Part shown: positions 1 to 9,758 of the stretch, one piece after another
How the letters are laid out: each line of letters begins with the position of its first letter
How positions within the stretch are numbered: the first letter of the stretch is position 1
NCBI GenBank assembly: GCA_031399525.1
Contig: JANNOZ010000010.1
Span: 295,132 to 359,131, forward strand
Length of the DNA stretch: 64,000 nt
Origin: Actinomycetes bacterium
Lineage (GTDB): Bacteria > Actinomycetota > Acidimicrobiia > Acidimicrobiales > CADCSY01
Direction: 5' to 3'
Notes under the pieces: model-generated
Seen by the model: the letters and a program-made list of their open reading frames with translations, nothing else
What the model was told of the DNA's origin: nothing
The model's database searches: none
Translations under genes and position numbers: made by a program

Positions 1-4
1 CACG

Positions 5-991
5 ATGACCGATTGGGACGGGACCCGGGTCTTGGTCACAGGCGGCGAGGGCTTCATCGGCAGCCACCTCAGCGAGCTGCTCGTCCGCCAAGGCGCCCGG
101 GTCCGGGTGCTGGCCCACTACAACCCCTTTGGCCGCCTCGGCTGGCTCGACCCGGCGATCCACGGCGAGATCGAGGTGGTCACCGGCGACGTCCGAGACG
201 GCGAACGGGTGTACTCGGCCATGGAGGGAAGCGAGGTCGTGTTCCATCTGGCCGCGCTCATCGGCATCCCCTACAGCTACGTGGCCCCCGAGAGCTACGT
301 GCAGGTCAACATCAACGGCACCTACCAGGTCGCCAACGCGGCCCGGCGTCTCGGGGTCGAACGCCTGGTCGTGACGTCGACATCGGAGACCTACGGCACC
401 GCCCGGACCGTCCCCATCACCGAGGACCACCCGATGCAGCCCCAGTCGCCCTATTCAGCATCGAAGATCGGCGCCGACATGTTGGCTCTGTCGTTCTTCC
501 ACTCCTTCGAACTGCCCGTGACCATCGCCCGCCCGTTCAACGTCTACGGACCACGACAGTCGACCCGGGCGGTCATCCCGACGATCCTGAGCCAACTCCA
601 CCGGGGCGCCACCGAGATACGCCTGGGCGCCACCACGCCAACCCGCGACTTCACGTACGTGAGCGACACGGCTGCCGGATTCCTCGCCGTGGCCCGGTGC
701 GAACAGGCGTTGGGTCACGCCGTGAACCTGGGATCGGGCCAGGAGATCTCCATCGGTGAACTGGCCGACCTGCTCATCGAACTCACCGGTTCGTCCGCGG
801 TGGTGACCACCGACGACACCCGGCTGCGCCCTTCGGGCAGCGAGGTCGAACGGCTGCTCTCGGACAGCTCCCGAGCTCTGCAGTGGACTGGATGGAAGCC
901 CGAGGTGTCGCTGCGCGACGGCCTGGCTCGCACCTCTGACTGGGTCGCCGCCCACCTCGAGCGCATCGACACCGGTTCGTACGCGGTGTGA
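5..991 (+). CDS. SDR-family NAD-dependent sugar-nucleotide epimerase/dehydratase
   Basis: 328-aa ORF. N-terminal Rossmann GxxGxxG (TGGEGFIGSH) and catalytic YSASK (YxxxK). Convergent with ftsW. Confidence 0.85.
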   Translation: MTDWDGTRVLVTGGEGFIGSHLSELLVRQGARVRVLAHYNPFGRLGWLDPAIHGEIEVVTGDVRDGERVYSAMEGSEVVFHLAALIGIPYSYVAPESYVQVNINGTYQVANAARRLGVERLVVTSTSETYGTARTVPITEDHPMQPQSPYSASKIGADMLALSFFHSFELPVTIARPFNVYGPRQSTRAVIPTILSQLHRGATEIRLGATTPTRDFTYVSDTAAGFLAVARCEQALGHAVNLGSGQEISIGELADLLIELTGSSAVVTTDDTRLRPSGSEVERLLSDSSRALQWTGWKPEVSLRDGLARTSDWVAAHLERIDTGSYAV

Positions 992-1022
992 CCGACCGGC
1001 CCGCCCCCGGGGGTGGAGAGCG

Positions 1023-2267
1023 CTAGCTGACCGCCGCTCGGCGCGGCTGGCGACCGTGGCGGGCGATGTTGGTGAGGATGCCCGCCGCAGCCATGGTGAT
1101 GACCAACGACGTGCCCCCGTAGCTGATGAACGGGAGGGTCAGCCCGGTGATGGGCATCAGGCCGATCACCCCACCGATGTTGACCAACGCTTGCGCCAAG
1201 ATCCACGCGGTGATGCCGGCCGCGACCAACGTGCCGAAGCGATCCGGGGCCCGCAGAGAGGCCCGGACGCCGAACACGCCGAACGCCACGAACAGTCCGA
1301 TCACGACCAAGGCGCCGATCAGACCGAGCTCCTCGGCGATCACGGCGAAGATGAAGTCGGTGTGGGCGTTGGGCAGGAACCCCCACTTGGCTCGGCTGGC
1401 CCCGAGACCGACACCAGTGAGGCCCCCACTGGCGATCCCGGTGAAGGACTGGTTGAGCTGATAGCCGATGCCGTTCGGATCCCGCGACGGATCGAGGAAG
1501 GCGAGCACCCGGTCGCGGCGGTACGGCGTCGAGAGGGTGACCACCGTCGCCGCCAACGCACCGACCAGCGAGACCGATCCGAGCTCGAACAACGGGGCGC
1601 CAGCCAGGAACAACACCACGAAGATGACGACGCCGATGACGATGGCCGAACCGAGATCGGGCTCGGCCATCACCAAGAGCAGTACGACCACCGCCACGAT
1701 GACGACCGGACGCAGCGTCAGACGAGTGTCACGCATCTGGCGGGCTCGTCGGGTCAGGAGGTCGGCGCTGAACAGCAACACGGCCAGCTTGGCCAACTCC
1801 GACGGCTGGAACGTCAACGGCCCGACGCCGATCCAGCTCCGGGCGCCGTTGACCTGGGTACCCACCCCCGGGACCACGACGAGGGCAAGAAGCGCCATCG
1901 AGCCGGCGAGCATCGGGACCGCCAGCCGGCGCCAGACCCGGTAGTCGACCCGGAGCATGGCGACGAACACCCCGACGGCCACCAGGGCGTAGAGGAGCTC
2001 GCGAGAGAAGTAGGTGAATGGCGAGCCGTTGTCCGACTCGGACTGGACCGACGATGCCGACAGCACCATGACCAGGCCGACGACCACCAGCACTGCCACC
2101 ACGGCCAGGAGTCCGACGTGATCACGCCGGAGCCGGTCGCGACGCCGGACCCGGGCCTGGCCAGGATCGGGTGACCCCGCGACCCGGAGTCGAGGGGGAG
2201 CCGAGGATGCGACCTGGAGAGGAGAAGCATCGCCGCGACCGACGGCCCGCAGGGCCCGCTCGATCAT
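1023..2267 (-). CDS. ftsW: SEDS-family peptidoglycan polymerase / cell division protein FtsW
   Basis: Track ORF 1023..2354 trimmed to ATG 2267, which forms an ATGA overlap with the murD stop. Polytopic membrane protein with SEDS motifs PNAHTDFIFAVIAEELG and LPFISYGGTS. Sits after murD. Confidence 0.9.
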   Translation of the reverse strand: MIERALRAVGRGDASPLQVASSAPPRLRVAGSPDPGQARVRRRDRLRRDHVGLLAVVAVLVVVGLVMVLSASSVQSESDNGSPFTYFSRELLYALVAVGVFVAMLRVDYRVWRRLAVPMLAGSMALLALVVVPGVGTQVNGARSWIGVGPLTFQPSELAKLAVLLFSADLLTRRARQMRDTRLTLRPVVIVAVVVLLLVMAEPDLGSAIVIGVVIFVVLFLAGAPLFELGSVSLVGALAATVVTLSTPYRRDRVLAFLDPSRDPNGIGYQLNQSFTGIASGGLTGVGLGASRAKWGFLPNAHTDFIFAVIAEELGLIGALVVIGLFVAFGVFGVRASLRAPDRFGTLVAAGITAWILAQALVNIGGVIGLMPITGLTLPFISYGGTSLVITMAAAGILTNIARHGRQPRRAAVS

Positions 2268-3610
2268 CGGTCGCCCCCGACGATCTGATGCACGGCCCGT
2301 ATGAAGTCGTCGCCCCGCTCGGCATAGGAGCCGTACCAGTCGAAGCTGGCGCACCCCGGTGAGAGCAAGACGACATCGCCAGGCTGGGCTGCGGCCTGCG
2401 CGGCGGCCACGGCATCGTCCATCGACCGGGCCACGACCACCGGCCGTCGACCGGCGAACACGTCGACGACCTCGTCGGCGGCCTCACCGACGGCAACCAC
2501 GGCGCGGAGCCGATCGGTCGTCGAAGCGAGAGCCGAGAGGTCGAGACCCTTGTTGCGACCACCGGCGATGAGGACCACCGAGTCGAACGAGGAGATGGCG
2601 GCGATCGACGCGTGCGGGTCGGTCGCCTTCGAGTCATCGACGTAGCGCACGCCTCCATGCTCGCCGACCATGCGCACTCGATGAGGGAGCCCGTCGAAGG
2701 TGGCCAGCACATCGATGACTGCGGCGCGGTCGGCACCGGCCTCGTGGGCAGTCGCCGCCGCCGCCAACGCGTCGACCACGTCGTGGGGATAACGACGCCA
2801 CAGATCGGCGATGTCGAGCACGACCGCCCCGGACGGATCGGTGAGGGCGTTCTCGACCACCCTCCAATCGCCGGCATCGATGCCGAAGGTGCCGACCCGC
2901 CCTGGTGCCGAGCGAGCCGCCTCGCTCACTATGGGGTCCTCGGCATTGGCCAACGCGACATCGGACGGCTCCTGGGCCGCCCACAGCCGCGTCTTGGCCG
3001 CAATGTAGTGCGCCATGGTCGGATGCCAGTCGAGGTGGTCCTCGGCGACGTTGAGCCAGGTGCCGACCGACGGGCGCCAGGTCTCGGTGAACTGCAGCCG
3101 GAACGACGAGGCCTCGACGACCACGACGTCGAGATCGACTTCGCCCCCGGCGCTCGGCGCGACCGCGTCGACCAACGGCAACTCGGTGTTGCCGGCGGCG
3201 ACCGTCCGCATGCCGCTGGCTCGCAGCATGCGGGTGACCAACTCGGTGACGGTGGTCTTTCCGTTCGTACCGGTCACCCCCACCATGGGCAGGTCGCTCC
3301 ACTGGGCGGCGAGCTCGAACTCGCTCCAACAGAGGACGCCCAGCCTCCTGGCCTCGACCAGGGCCGGATGACTCCACGGCACACCGGGGCTGGGCACGAC
3401 GAGGGTGGCGTCCTCGACGAAGTGAGCGGCGTCATTGGCGCCCACCTCGTCGACGACGCGCACCCCCCGCGACCGCAACAGCTCGGCCCGGGCCGGAGCC
3501 ACGGGAGCTTCGTCGAGCGCGGTCACGGTCCAGTCGTGCTCAGCCAGCCGCCGGGCGGCCGCCTCACCGGCCACCCCGACGCCGACCACCAGCACGGTGT
3601 CGGTCGCCAT
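2264..3610 (-). CDS. murD: UDP-N-acetylmuramoylalanine--D-glutamate ligase
   Basis: Track ORF 2264..4252 trimmed to ATG 3610 (MATDTVLVVGVGVAG; TGATG overlap with the mraY stop). Mur-ligase P-loop GVTGTNGKTT. Lies between mraY and ftsW. Confidence 0.9.
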   Translation of the reverse strand: MATDTVLVVGVGVAGEAAARRLAEHDWTVTALDEAPVAPARAELLRSRGVRVVDEVGANDAAHFVEDATLVVPSPGVPWSHPALVEARRLGVLCWSEFELAAQWSDLPMVGVTGTNGKTTVTELVTRMLRASGMRTVAAGNTELPLVDAVAPSAGGEVDLDVVVVEASSFRLQFTETWRPSVGTWLNVAEDHLDWHPTMAHYIAAKTRLWAAQEPSDVALANAEDPIVSEAARSAPGRVGTFGIDAGDWRVVENALTDPSGAVVLDIADLWRRYPHDVVDALAAAATAHEAGADRAAVIDVLATFDGLPHRVRMVGEHGGVRYVDDSKATDPHASIAAISSFDSVVLIAGGRNKGLDLSALASTTDRLRAVVAVGEAADEVVDVFAGRRPVVVARSMDDAVAAAQAAAQPGDVVLLSPGCASFDWYGSYAERGDDFIRAVHQIVGGDR

Positions 3611-4647
3611 CAGTTGAGAATCCCCGGAATCGACAAGTAGTCGGCGTAGAAGATCCCGACGCCTACGGCCGTGGCCATACCGGCCAGAATCCAGAAGCGG
3701 ATGATCACCGTCGTCTCGGGCCATCCACCGAGCTCGAAGTGGTGGTGGATGGGCGCCATGCGGAACACCCGGCGGCGGGCCAGGCGGAAGCTCGCCACCT
3801 GGATGATCACCGACATGGTCTCGACCACGTACACCGCCCCGAGGACGGGCAGCAAGAGATCGGTCTTGGTGACCAGCGCCAGCGCGGCCAGGCCCGCGCC
3901 GATGGCCAACGCTCCGGTGTCGCCCATGAAGATCTGGGCCGGAGCGGCGTTCCACCACAGGAACCCGAGGCAGGCGCCGGTCATCGCCGCGCCCATGACG
4001 GCCAGGTCGAGCGCCTCGGGGACCTGGTAGACGTCGACGTGTCGGAAGATCCAGAACGCGATGACCACGTAGGACGCGTAGGAGAAGACGGCCGAGCCGC
4101 CGGCCAGACCATCGAGCCCGTCGGTCAGGTTGACGGCGTTGGCGAAGCCGATGATCAACACCACCGACCACACCACGAACAAAACGGGTCCGAGATCGAC
4201 GTGGAGGGAGTCCCAGCGGGTGAAGGACAACGTGGTGCGGATGTTCGCCCACTCGACGGCGAGAACACCGAATGCGATGGCCACGGCCAGGAGCCCGGCC
4301 ATCTTGGTCTTCTTGTTCAGGCCGAGGTTCCGGGCGTTGCGAACCTTGATGACGTCGTCGAGGAAGCCCACGAACCCGGCCCCGGCCATGGCCAGCACGA
4401 CGAGGATCCCGCCCCGGGTGAAGACGATCCGGCCACTTACATGGGGAATGGCGTAGCCCAACAGCCCTCCACCCACGATGGCCAAGCCACCCATCGTGGG
4501 GGTCCCGGCCTTGACTCGGTGGCCGGCCGGGCCGTCCTCACGAATGGGCTGGCCGATCCCGTGGTCCCGCAGCCACCCGATGAGCACGGGCGTGCCGAAG
4601 ATGGCGACGACGAAGGCGACGGCAGCCGCGGCCAGGAGAGCGATCAC
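3610..4647 (-). CDS. mraY: phospho-N-acetylmuramoyl-pentapeptide transferase
   Basis: 345-aa polytopic membrane protein with TPTMGG, LDDVIKV, NAVNLTDGLDGLA and APIHHHFE motifs. Its start overlaps the murE stop by 4 nt. Confidence 0.95.
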   Translation of the reverse strand: MIALLAAAAVAFVVAIFGTPVLIGWLRDHGIGQPIREDGPAGHRVKAGTPTMGGLAIVGGGLLGYAIPHVSGRIVFTRGGILVVLAMAGAGFVGFLDDVIKVRNARNLGLNKKTKMAGLLAVAIAFGVLAVEWANIRTTLSFTRWDSLHVDLGPVLFVVWSVVLIIGFANAVNLTDGLDGLAGGSAVFSYASYVVIAFWIFRHVDVYQVPEALDLAVMGAAMTGACLGFLWWNAAPAQIFMGDTGALAIGAGLAALALVTKTDLLLPVLGAVYVVETMSVIIQVASFRLARRRVFRMAPIHHHFELGGWPETTVIIRFWILAGMATAVGVGIFYADYLSIPGILN

Positions 4648-6059
4648 GCCGAGGGAGCCTTGCCGAGCCGAGCCAGCTCCTCGCGGACCACCACCCGATC
4701 GTCGAACTCGCGCTCCTCGGCTCCGATGACCTGCGTCGTCTCGTGACCCTTGCCGGCCACCACCACGACGTCGCCAGGACGGGCCAGCTCGAGGCCGATG
4801 GCGATGGCGGCTCGACGATCCAACTCGACGACAACCGGCGTCGGGCCAACCAATCCCCGGCGCACATCGGCGGCGATGGCTGCCGGATCCTCGTGACGGG
4901 GGTTGTCCGAGGTCAGCACGACGTGATCGGCGAGACGTCCCGCCACCTCACCCATCGCCGGGCGCTTGCCCTGGTCTCGGTCGCCTCCGGCCCCGAACAC
5001 GACGATGACCTTTCCGGCCGGGGCGATCTCCCTCGTGGCCCGCAGGAGCTGCTCGAGGGCCTCGGGCGAGTGGGCGTAATCGACGACCACGGCGACGGGT
5101 TCTCGGGCCACCACCTCGAACCGGCCGACGACCAGCGGCACCGATGCCAGGCCCCGGGCGATCTGTTCCTCGTCGAGGCCGAGCTCGAGCGCTGCAGTGG
5201 CCGCCCCGAGCGCATTGGAGACGTTGTGGCGGCCCCCCAACGGCAGCTCGACCAGGTGACCCCGCCAGTTGAACCTGCTTCGACCAAGGGCCAGATCGAT
5301 ATCGGCGGCGTCGGCCAACGACCACGTGGTGGTCGGGATGCGGGCCGCCTGAGCGAGCAGCCGACCGTGCAGATCGTCGACGTTGACGACCGCCCGGTCG
5401 GCCAGATCCGGTTGGAACAACCGAGCCTTGGCCTGGAAGTAGGCCTCCTCGGTCTCGTGGTAGTCGAGGTGATCACGCCCCAGGTTGGTGAAGATCGCGA
5501 CTCGGAACCGGGTGGCGTCGACCCGATGCTGAACCAGGGCATGGGACGAGACCTCCACGGCCACGGCCACCATGGCGTCATCCCGGAAGCCCGCCAGGCG
5601 GGCCTGCAGCTCGGGTGCCTCCGGTGTGGTGCGAACTCCGCTGAGTGTCCCGATGATCCCGGTCGGTCGACCGGCGGACTCGAGGATGGCCTGGAGCAGC
5701 AGGGTGGTGGTGGTCTTCCCGTTCGTCCCGGTGACGCCGACTACGTCGAGCGATCGAGACGGATGACCCCAGAACGCGGCGGCCACGGGCCCCATGGCCG
5801 AGCGCACGTCGGCCACCTCTATCTGGACGACCGGGATGTCGACGTCGACGTAGCGCTCGACCAACAGGGCTCGGGCGCCGGATCGTGCCGCCTCACCGGC
5901 CAGGTCGTGGCCGTCGACGCGGGCACCGGGGACACAACAGAAGAGCGAACCGTCGACGACCCGCCCGGTCTCGTGAACCACCGCCGAAATCTCCACCGAC
6001 TCGGCCGCGCCGTGCAGGGCCACGACATCGACGCCGGCCAGCATCCGGTCAAGACGCAC
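4644..6059 (-). CDS. murE: UDP-N-acetylmuramoyl-L-alanyl-D-glutamate--2,6-diaminopimelate ligase
   Basis: 471 aa. P-loop VTGTNGKTTTT. MurE-type DYAHSPEAL and the DAP-specifying DNPR motif (SDNPRHEDP). No MurF-type YNANP motif. Confidence 0.9.
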   Translation of the reverse strand: MRLDRMLAGVDVVALHGAAESVEISAVVHETGRVVDGSLFCCVPGARVDGHDLAGEAARSGARALLVERYVDVDIPVVQIEVADVRSAMGPVAAAFWGHPSRSLDVVGVTGTNGKTTTTLLLQAILESAGRPTGIIGTLSGVRTTPEAPELQARLAGFRDDAMVAVAVEVSSHALVQHRVDATRFRVAIFTNLGRDHLDYHETEEAYFQAKARLFQPDLADRAVVNVDDLHGRLLAQAARIPTTTWSLADAADIDLALGRSRFNWRGHLVELPLGGRHNVSNALGAATAALELGLDEEQIARGLASVPLVVGRFEVVAREPVAVVVDYAHSPEALEQLLRATREIAPAGKVIVVFGAGGDRDQGKRPAMGEVAGRLADHVVLTSDNPRHEDPAAIAADVRRGLVGPTPVVVELDRRAAIAIGLELARPGDVVVVAGKGHETTQVIGAEEREFDDRVVVREELARLGKAPSA

Positions 6060-6062
6060 GGC

Positions 6063-8171
6063 CTAGTCCCCGGCGCGGGATGCACCCGCAGACGTGAGCG
6101 AACCAGCGCCCACGGAGGTCAACGGCTCGGTGCCGGCGACTCCGGTCGGCGGGATGTCGAATCGGCGCAGGGCATACTCGGCCACTTCGGCGAACAGCGG
6201 CGCGGCGGTCTGGCTGGCGTAGTAGCCGGCCTCGCCCCGAGGTTCGTCGAGGATGACCACCACCGACAGCCGGGGATTTTCCGCAGGGAGATAGCCGGCG
6301 AAGGTGGCGACGTACGCGCCCGGCTCGTAACCCCGGCACGTGCCGTCGTCACAAGGCTTGCGGGCGGTGCCGGTCTTGCCGGCAACCGAGTAGCCATCGA
6401 TCGCTGCTCGGCCACCGGTGCCATCGGGCGAGGAAACGGCGCTCTCGAGCATGCGGGTGAGCGTCGTCGCCGTCTCGGAGGACACGACGCGCCGGGCCGA
6501 CTCACGCTCCACTGGATGACGAGTGCCGTCGGCGTCGACCGTCGCACTCACGAGGGTCGACGGGACGTAGACGCCGTCGTTGGCGATGGTGTTGTACACC
6601 TCCAGCAGCTGCACCGCGTTGACCGCGAACCCCTGGCCGATCGGAATCGACCCCATCGACGAGTCGGTCCATTCCGACGTATCGGCCACGATGCCCGACG
6701 ACTCGTCGGGGAATCCCAGCCCGGTGTCCTGGCCGAGACCGAACGCCACCAGGTACTGATGCATCGTGTCCTGGCCGAGCGACCGAGCGACCTCGATCGT
6801 CCCGACGTTGGACGACTGCGTGATGATGTCGTTGAGCGTCATGTCGACCGGGTCGTGGGCGTGGTCGTCGGTGAAGGTGTAGGTCCCCATCTCGACCGAG
6901 TCGGGCACGTTCAGCACCGAGCTCTCGCCGTAGGTCCCCTTTTCGAGGGCCCCGGCCATCGTGATCACCTTGGACACCGATCCCGGCTCGAACGCCATCG
7001 TGAGCGCCATGTTGTCCGACGCCACCTCCGGGCCGTTCGTACCGGCCCGGGCGTTGGCCATGGCCAGGATCTCTCCGGTTGCCGGGTCGCTCACGACGAC
7101 GATCCCACCTTGGGATCCGGTCGAGCCGACCGCCTCGATGAGGGCCTGTTCGACCGAGTACTGCAACGACCGGTCGATGGTGAGCTCCAGGTCGTCGCCC
7201 CGCGTCGCCGGGGACCGTTGCTGCTTACCGCTGGCGATGGTCTCGCCGTCCTTGCCGCGCTCGACGAGCAGCGACCCGGCGGTACCCGCCAGCTGGCCCT
7301 GGTACTGACGCTCGAGACCGGACACGCCGTTGCTGTCGAGGTCGGTACGCCCGATCACCCCAGCCGCCACCGATCCGGCGGGGGTCACCCGAGCGGACTC
7401 TTCGGTCACCTGAATACCGGCCAGGTTGAGGTCCTCGACAGCTGCGGCCACCGAGTCGTCGACCTTGCGGGCCAGATAGACGAATCGACCCTCGCCCCGA
7501 AGGTCGGCCGCCAACGAGCGGACGTCGCGACCGAGGATCGGCGCCAGGGCGGCAGCTTCGGCGTCGGGATCGTCGACCAGCGCCGGGTCGGCCACGATCG
7601 TGTGCATCGGAACGGAAAGGGCCAGGGCCTCGCCGTTGCGGCCGACGATGCTTCCTCGGGGCGCGGCCAGCGAAACGGCCTGCGTGCGCTGGGCGATACC
7701 CCGAGCCGCGTAGCCATCGGCATCGAGCACCTGAAGTTGGCCCAGGCGAACCGCCACGGCCCCGAACCCGACGCCGAGTACGACGAAGAGGCCGATGCAG
7801 CGCCGCCGGGACATCCCCCGCACGGTCTTCGGTGCCGGCGGTCGAGCCGGCGACGAGGACCGTCGAGCCTCCACCCGGCGGGCCCAGGGCAGGGCAGTCC
7901 AGAGCCGAGCCGCGCCCTTCAAGGCGATCGCGGCCACCGCCAGGGCCACTCGAACAATGAGCGACACGACCACCACGACGGCCCGCAGAACCCGCTGAGT
8001 GGATGTCGGTGGACGCCCCTTCGGGAGCCCCGGCCCGGATGGCCCCGGGCGGTAACGGGGGGTCGGTGGCGAACCCGACCGGCGCGGCGGTACGGGGCGG
8101 ACCGGGCCCCACTCACTCCGGTCGTCCTGGCGCTGACGCCGAGCGGTGCCCGGTGTGCGGGTTGCCGTCAC
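6063..8171 (-). CDS. ftsI: class B penicillin-binding protein (division transpeptidase FtsI)
   Basis: Transpeptidase motifs SVSK (SxxK), SSN (SxN) and KTGT. GTG 8171 forms a GTGA overlap with the ftsL stop. An alternative ATG at 7814 (MSRRRCIGLFVVLG...) gives a classical single-TM N-terminus, so the start is uncertain. Confidence 0.85.
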   Translation of the reverse strand: MTATRTPGTARRQRQDDRSEWGPVRPVPPRRSGSPPTPRYRPGPSGPGLPKGRPPTSTQRVLRAVVVVVSLIVRVALAVAAIALKGAARLWTALPWARRVEARRSSSPARPPAPKTVRGMSRRRCIGLFVVLGVGFGAVAVRLGQLQVLDADGYAARGIAQRTQAVSLAAPRGSIVGRNGEALALSVPMHTIVADPALVDDPDAEAAALAPILGRDVRSLAADLRGEGRFVYLARKVDDSVAAAVEDLNLAGIQVTEESARVTPAGSVAAGVIGRTDLDSNGVSGLERQYQGQLAGTAGSLLVERGKDGETIASGKQQRSPATRGDDLELTIDRSLQYSVEQALIEAVGSTGSQGGIVVVSDPATGEILAMANARAGTNGPEVASDNMALTMAFEPGSVSKVITMAGALEKGTYGESSVLNVPDSVEMGTYTFTDDHAHDPVDMTLNDIITQSSNVGTIEVARSLGQDTMHQYLVAFGLGQDTGLGFPDESSGIVADTSEWTDSSMGSIPIGQGFAVNAVQLLEVYNTIANDGVYVPSTLVSATVDADGTRHPVERESARRVVSSETATTLTRMLESAVSSPDGTGGRAAIDGYSVAGKTGTARKPCDDGTCRGYEPGAYVATFAGYLPAENPRLSVVVILDEPRGEAGYYASQTAAPLFAEVAEYALRRFDIPPTGVAGTEPLTSVGAGSLTSAGASRAGD

Positions 8172-8596
8172 CGAGGTGACCCAGCCGCCGCCGCGGCCAC
8201 CGATTCGGCGGTGGTGCTCGGCGCGACCAGGTAGGTCACGCGTTCGGGCTCCACCATGCCCAGCTCCTTGGCCGTCGTGACAATCCGCTCGGGAGCCGAG
8301 AGCTCTTCGGCCCGGGCCCGGAGCTGCTCGTTACGAGTCCGCTTCTCGGCGACCTGGGCGTCGAGTCGGTCCAGCTGCTTCTGGCCCGAGACGAGTTGCG
8401 CCTGGACACCGGCCAGGGAGAAGAGGGAGACCACTGCGACCACGACGGCCAGGATCCGACCCCGGGGACTGAGCGACAGGACGCGGCGGGCCGGAGCCGT
8501 CGTGGTCTCGCGGCGCGGTGGCCTCGAGATGGCGGGGCGAGCACGGACATCACGACGGACGACCGCCCCGGAGGCCCGCTGGGCGACTGGGCTCAT
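8168..8596 (-). CDS. ftsL: FtsL-like bitopic division protein
   Basis: Track ORF trimmed to ATG 8596 (MSPVAQ; ATGA overlap with the rsmH stop). Basic N-terminus, one TM (ILAVVVAVVSLFSLAGV), then a coiled-coil-like segment. Canonical slot between rsmH and ftsI. Confidence 0.7.
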   Translation of the reverse strand: MSPVAQRASGAVVRRDVRARPAISRPPRRETTTAPARRVLSLSPRGRILAVVVAVVSLFSLAGVQAQLVSGQKQLDRLDAQVAEKRTRNEQLRARAEELSAPERIVTTAKELGMVEPERVTYLVAPSTTAESVAAAAAGSPR

Positions 8597-9528
8597 GACG
8601 CCAACCGCTCGGCAACCCGGAGGCGAGCGCTCTCCGCCCGTGGGTTGCGGGCCACCTCGCCGGTCGATGGCCGACGAGCCCGACGACTCGGGAGGCGGAC
8701 GGTGGCCACTGCGCCGCACACGCACGGCAGCTGCGGCGGGCAGGTACAGCCCCCGGTTGCGGCCCGGTCGAATCTCTCCTTGACGATCCTGTCCTCGCCC
8801 GAGTGGTAGGCCAGTACGGCGCAGCGGCCACCTGGGGCCAGCCGGGCCAGGCCCGAGTCGATGGCCGGCGCCAAGATCGCCAGCTCGCCGTTCACCTCGA
8901 TGCGTAAGGCCTGGAACGTCCGGCGGGCCGGATGGCGCTGCCGGCGGGCTGCCGCCGGGACCGCGTCGGCGACGACCTGGGCCAGTCGACCCGTGGTGGT
9001 GATGGGCCGTTCGGCCACGATCGCCTGGGCGATCCGCCAGGCGAAGCGTTCGTCGCCGTACCGCTGGAGCAGGTCACGCAGCTCCTCGACCGAGGCGGTG
9101 TTGACGATGTCGGCCGCGGTCCGGGTATCGGTCGAGTCCATGCGCATGTCGAGGGGCCCATCGCCCCTGTAGCTGAACCCGCGGTCGGGCCGATCGAGCT
9201 GGGGCGAGCTGACCCCGAGGTCGAAGAGGACCCCACTGATCCGGTCCAGTTCGAGTTGGTCGAGGATCTCGTCCATGCGGTCGAAGCGGGCGTGGTGGAC
9301 GCTGGCCCGGCGACCGAAAGGCGCGAGACGTCGTCGGGCCGCGACAACTGCATCGGGGTCCCGATCGAGGGCCACCACCGAGAGCTGCGGATGGCGAGCC
9401 AGGATGGCCTGGCTGTGGCCGGCGCCGCCGGCTGTGGCGTCCAGGACGGTGCCGGGTGGAACCGACGCGAAGACGTCGACGACCTCGGCCAGCATCACCG
9501 ACTCGTGGACGAAGGAATCGCTGGGCAT
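8593..9528 (-). CDS. rsmH: 16S rRNA (cytosine1402-N4)-methyltransferase
   Basis: Track ORF 8593..10224 trimmed to ATG 9528 (MPSDSFVHESVML). Motifs DATAGGAGHS and DLGVSSPQLD. 311 aa. Confidence 0.92.
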   Translation of the reverse strand: MPSDSFVHESVMLAEVVDVFASVPPGTVLDATAGGAGHSQAILARHPQLSVVALDRDPDAVVAARRRLAPFGRRASVHHARFDRMDEILDQLELDRISGVLFDLGVSSPQLDRPDRGFSYRGDGPLDMRMDSTDTRTAADIVNTASVEELRDLLQRYGDERFAWRIAQAIVAERPITTTGRLAQVVADAVPAAARRQRHPARRTFQALRIEVNGELAILAPAIDSGLARLAPGGRCAVLAYHSGEDRIVKERFDRAATGGCTCPPQLPCVCGAVATVRLPSRRARRPSTGEVARNPRAESARLRVAERLAS

Positions 9529-9758
9529 GGTCACGTCCGGTCCTGGTCGGTGACCTCGAGGCGTTCGCTCATCAGCAGCCCCCCGATCGACTGTTGCCGC
9601 CGGGATGTCTCCCCGGTCGGCTGAGACGGATGCGGGCGGAGTAGGGGCATTCCATCCGTCGATCGGGAGGCTGCGGGTGAGCGACGAGCCAAGGCTCGGT
9701 CGTCCGGTTCGGAGGTGGGCGGGGGCGACTCCTTGCACGTGGTCTGGGTTGGTGACGG

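Noticed and set aside
4644-6059. Calling this Mur ligase MurF because it sits directly upstream of mraY
   Set aside because: The sequence carries the MurE hallmarks (DYAHSPEAL and the DNPR DAP-binding motif) and lacks a MurF-type YNANP motif. It is therefore annotated murE, and the absence of murF is reported as a finding.
4743-8234. 1163-aa plus-strand ORF spanning the murE/ftsI region
   Set aside because: It is antisense to genes with unambiguous Mur-ligase and PBP motifs. Its translation is low-complexity and R/G/P/H-rich, as expected for an open antisense frame in very GC-rich DNA.
9529-9758. Unusually long (230 nt) mraZ-rsmH spacer as a possible small gene or structured RNA
   Set aside because: No convincing start plus SD, protein-like frame or extended conserved-looking helix could be identified by eye. 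It is left unannotated.
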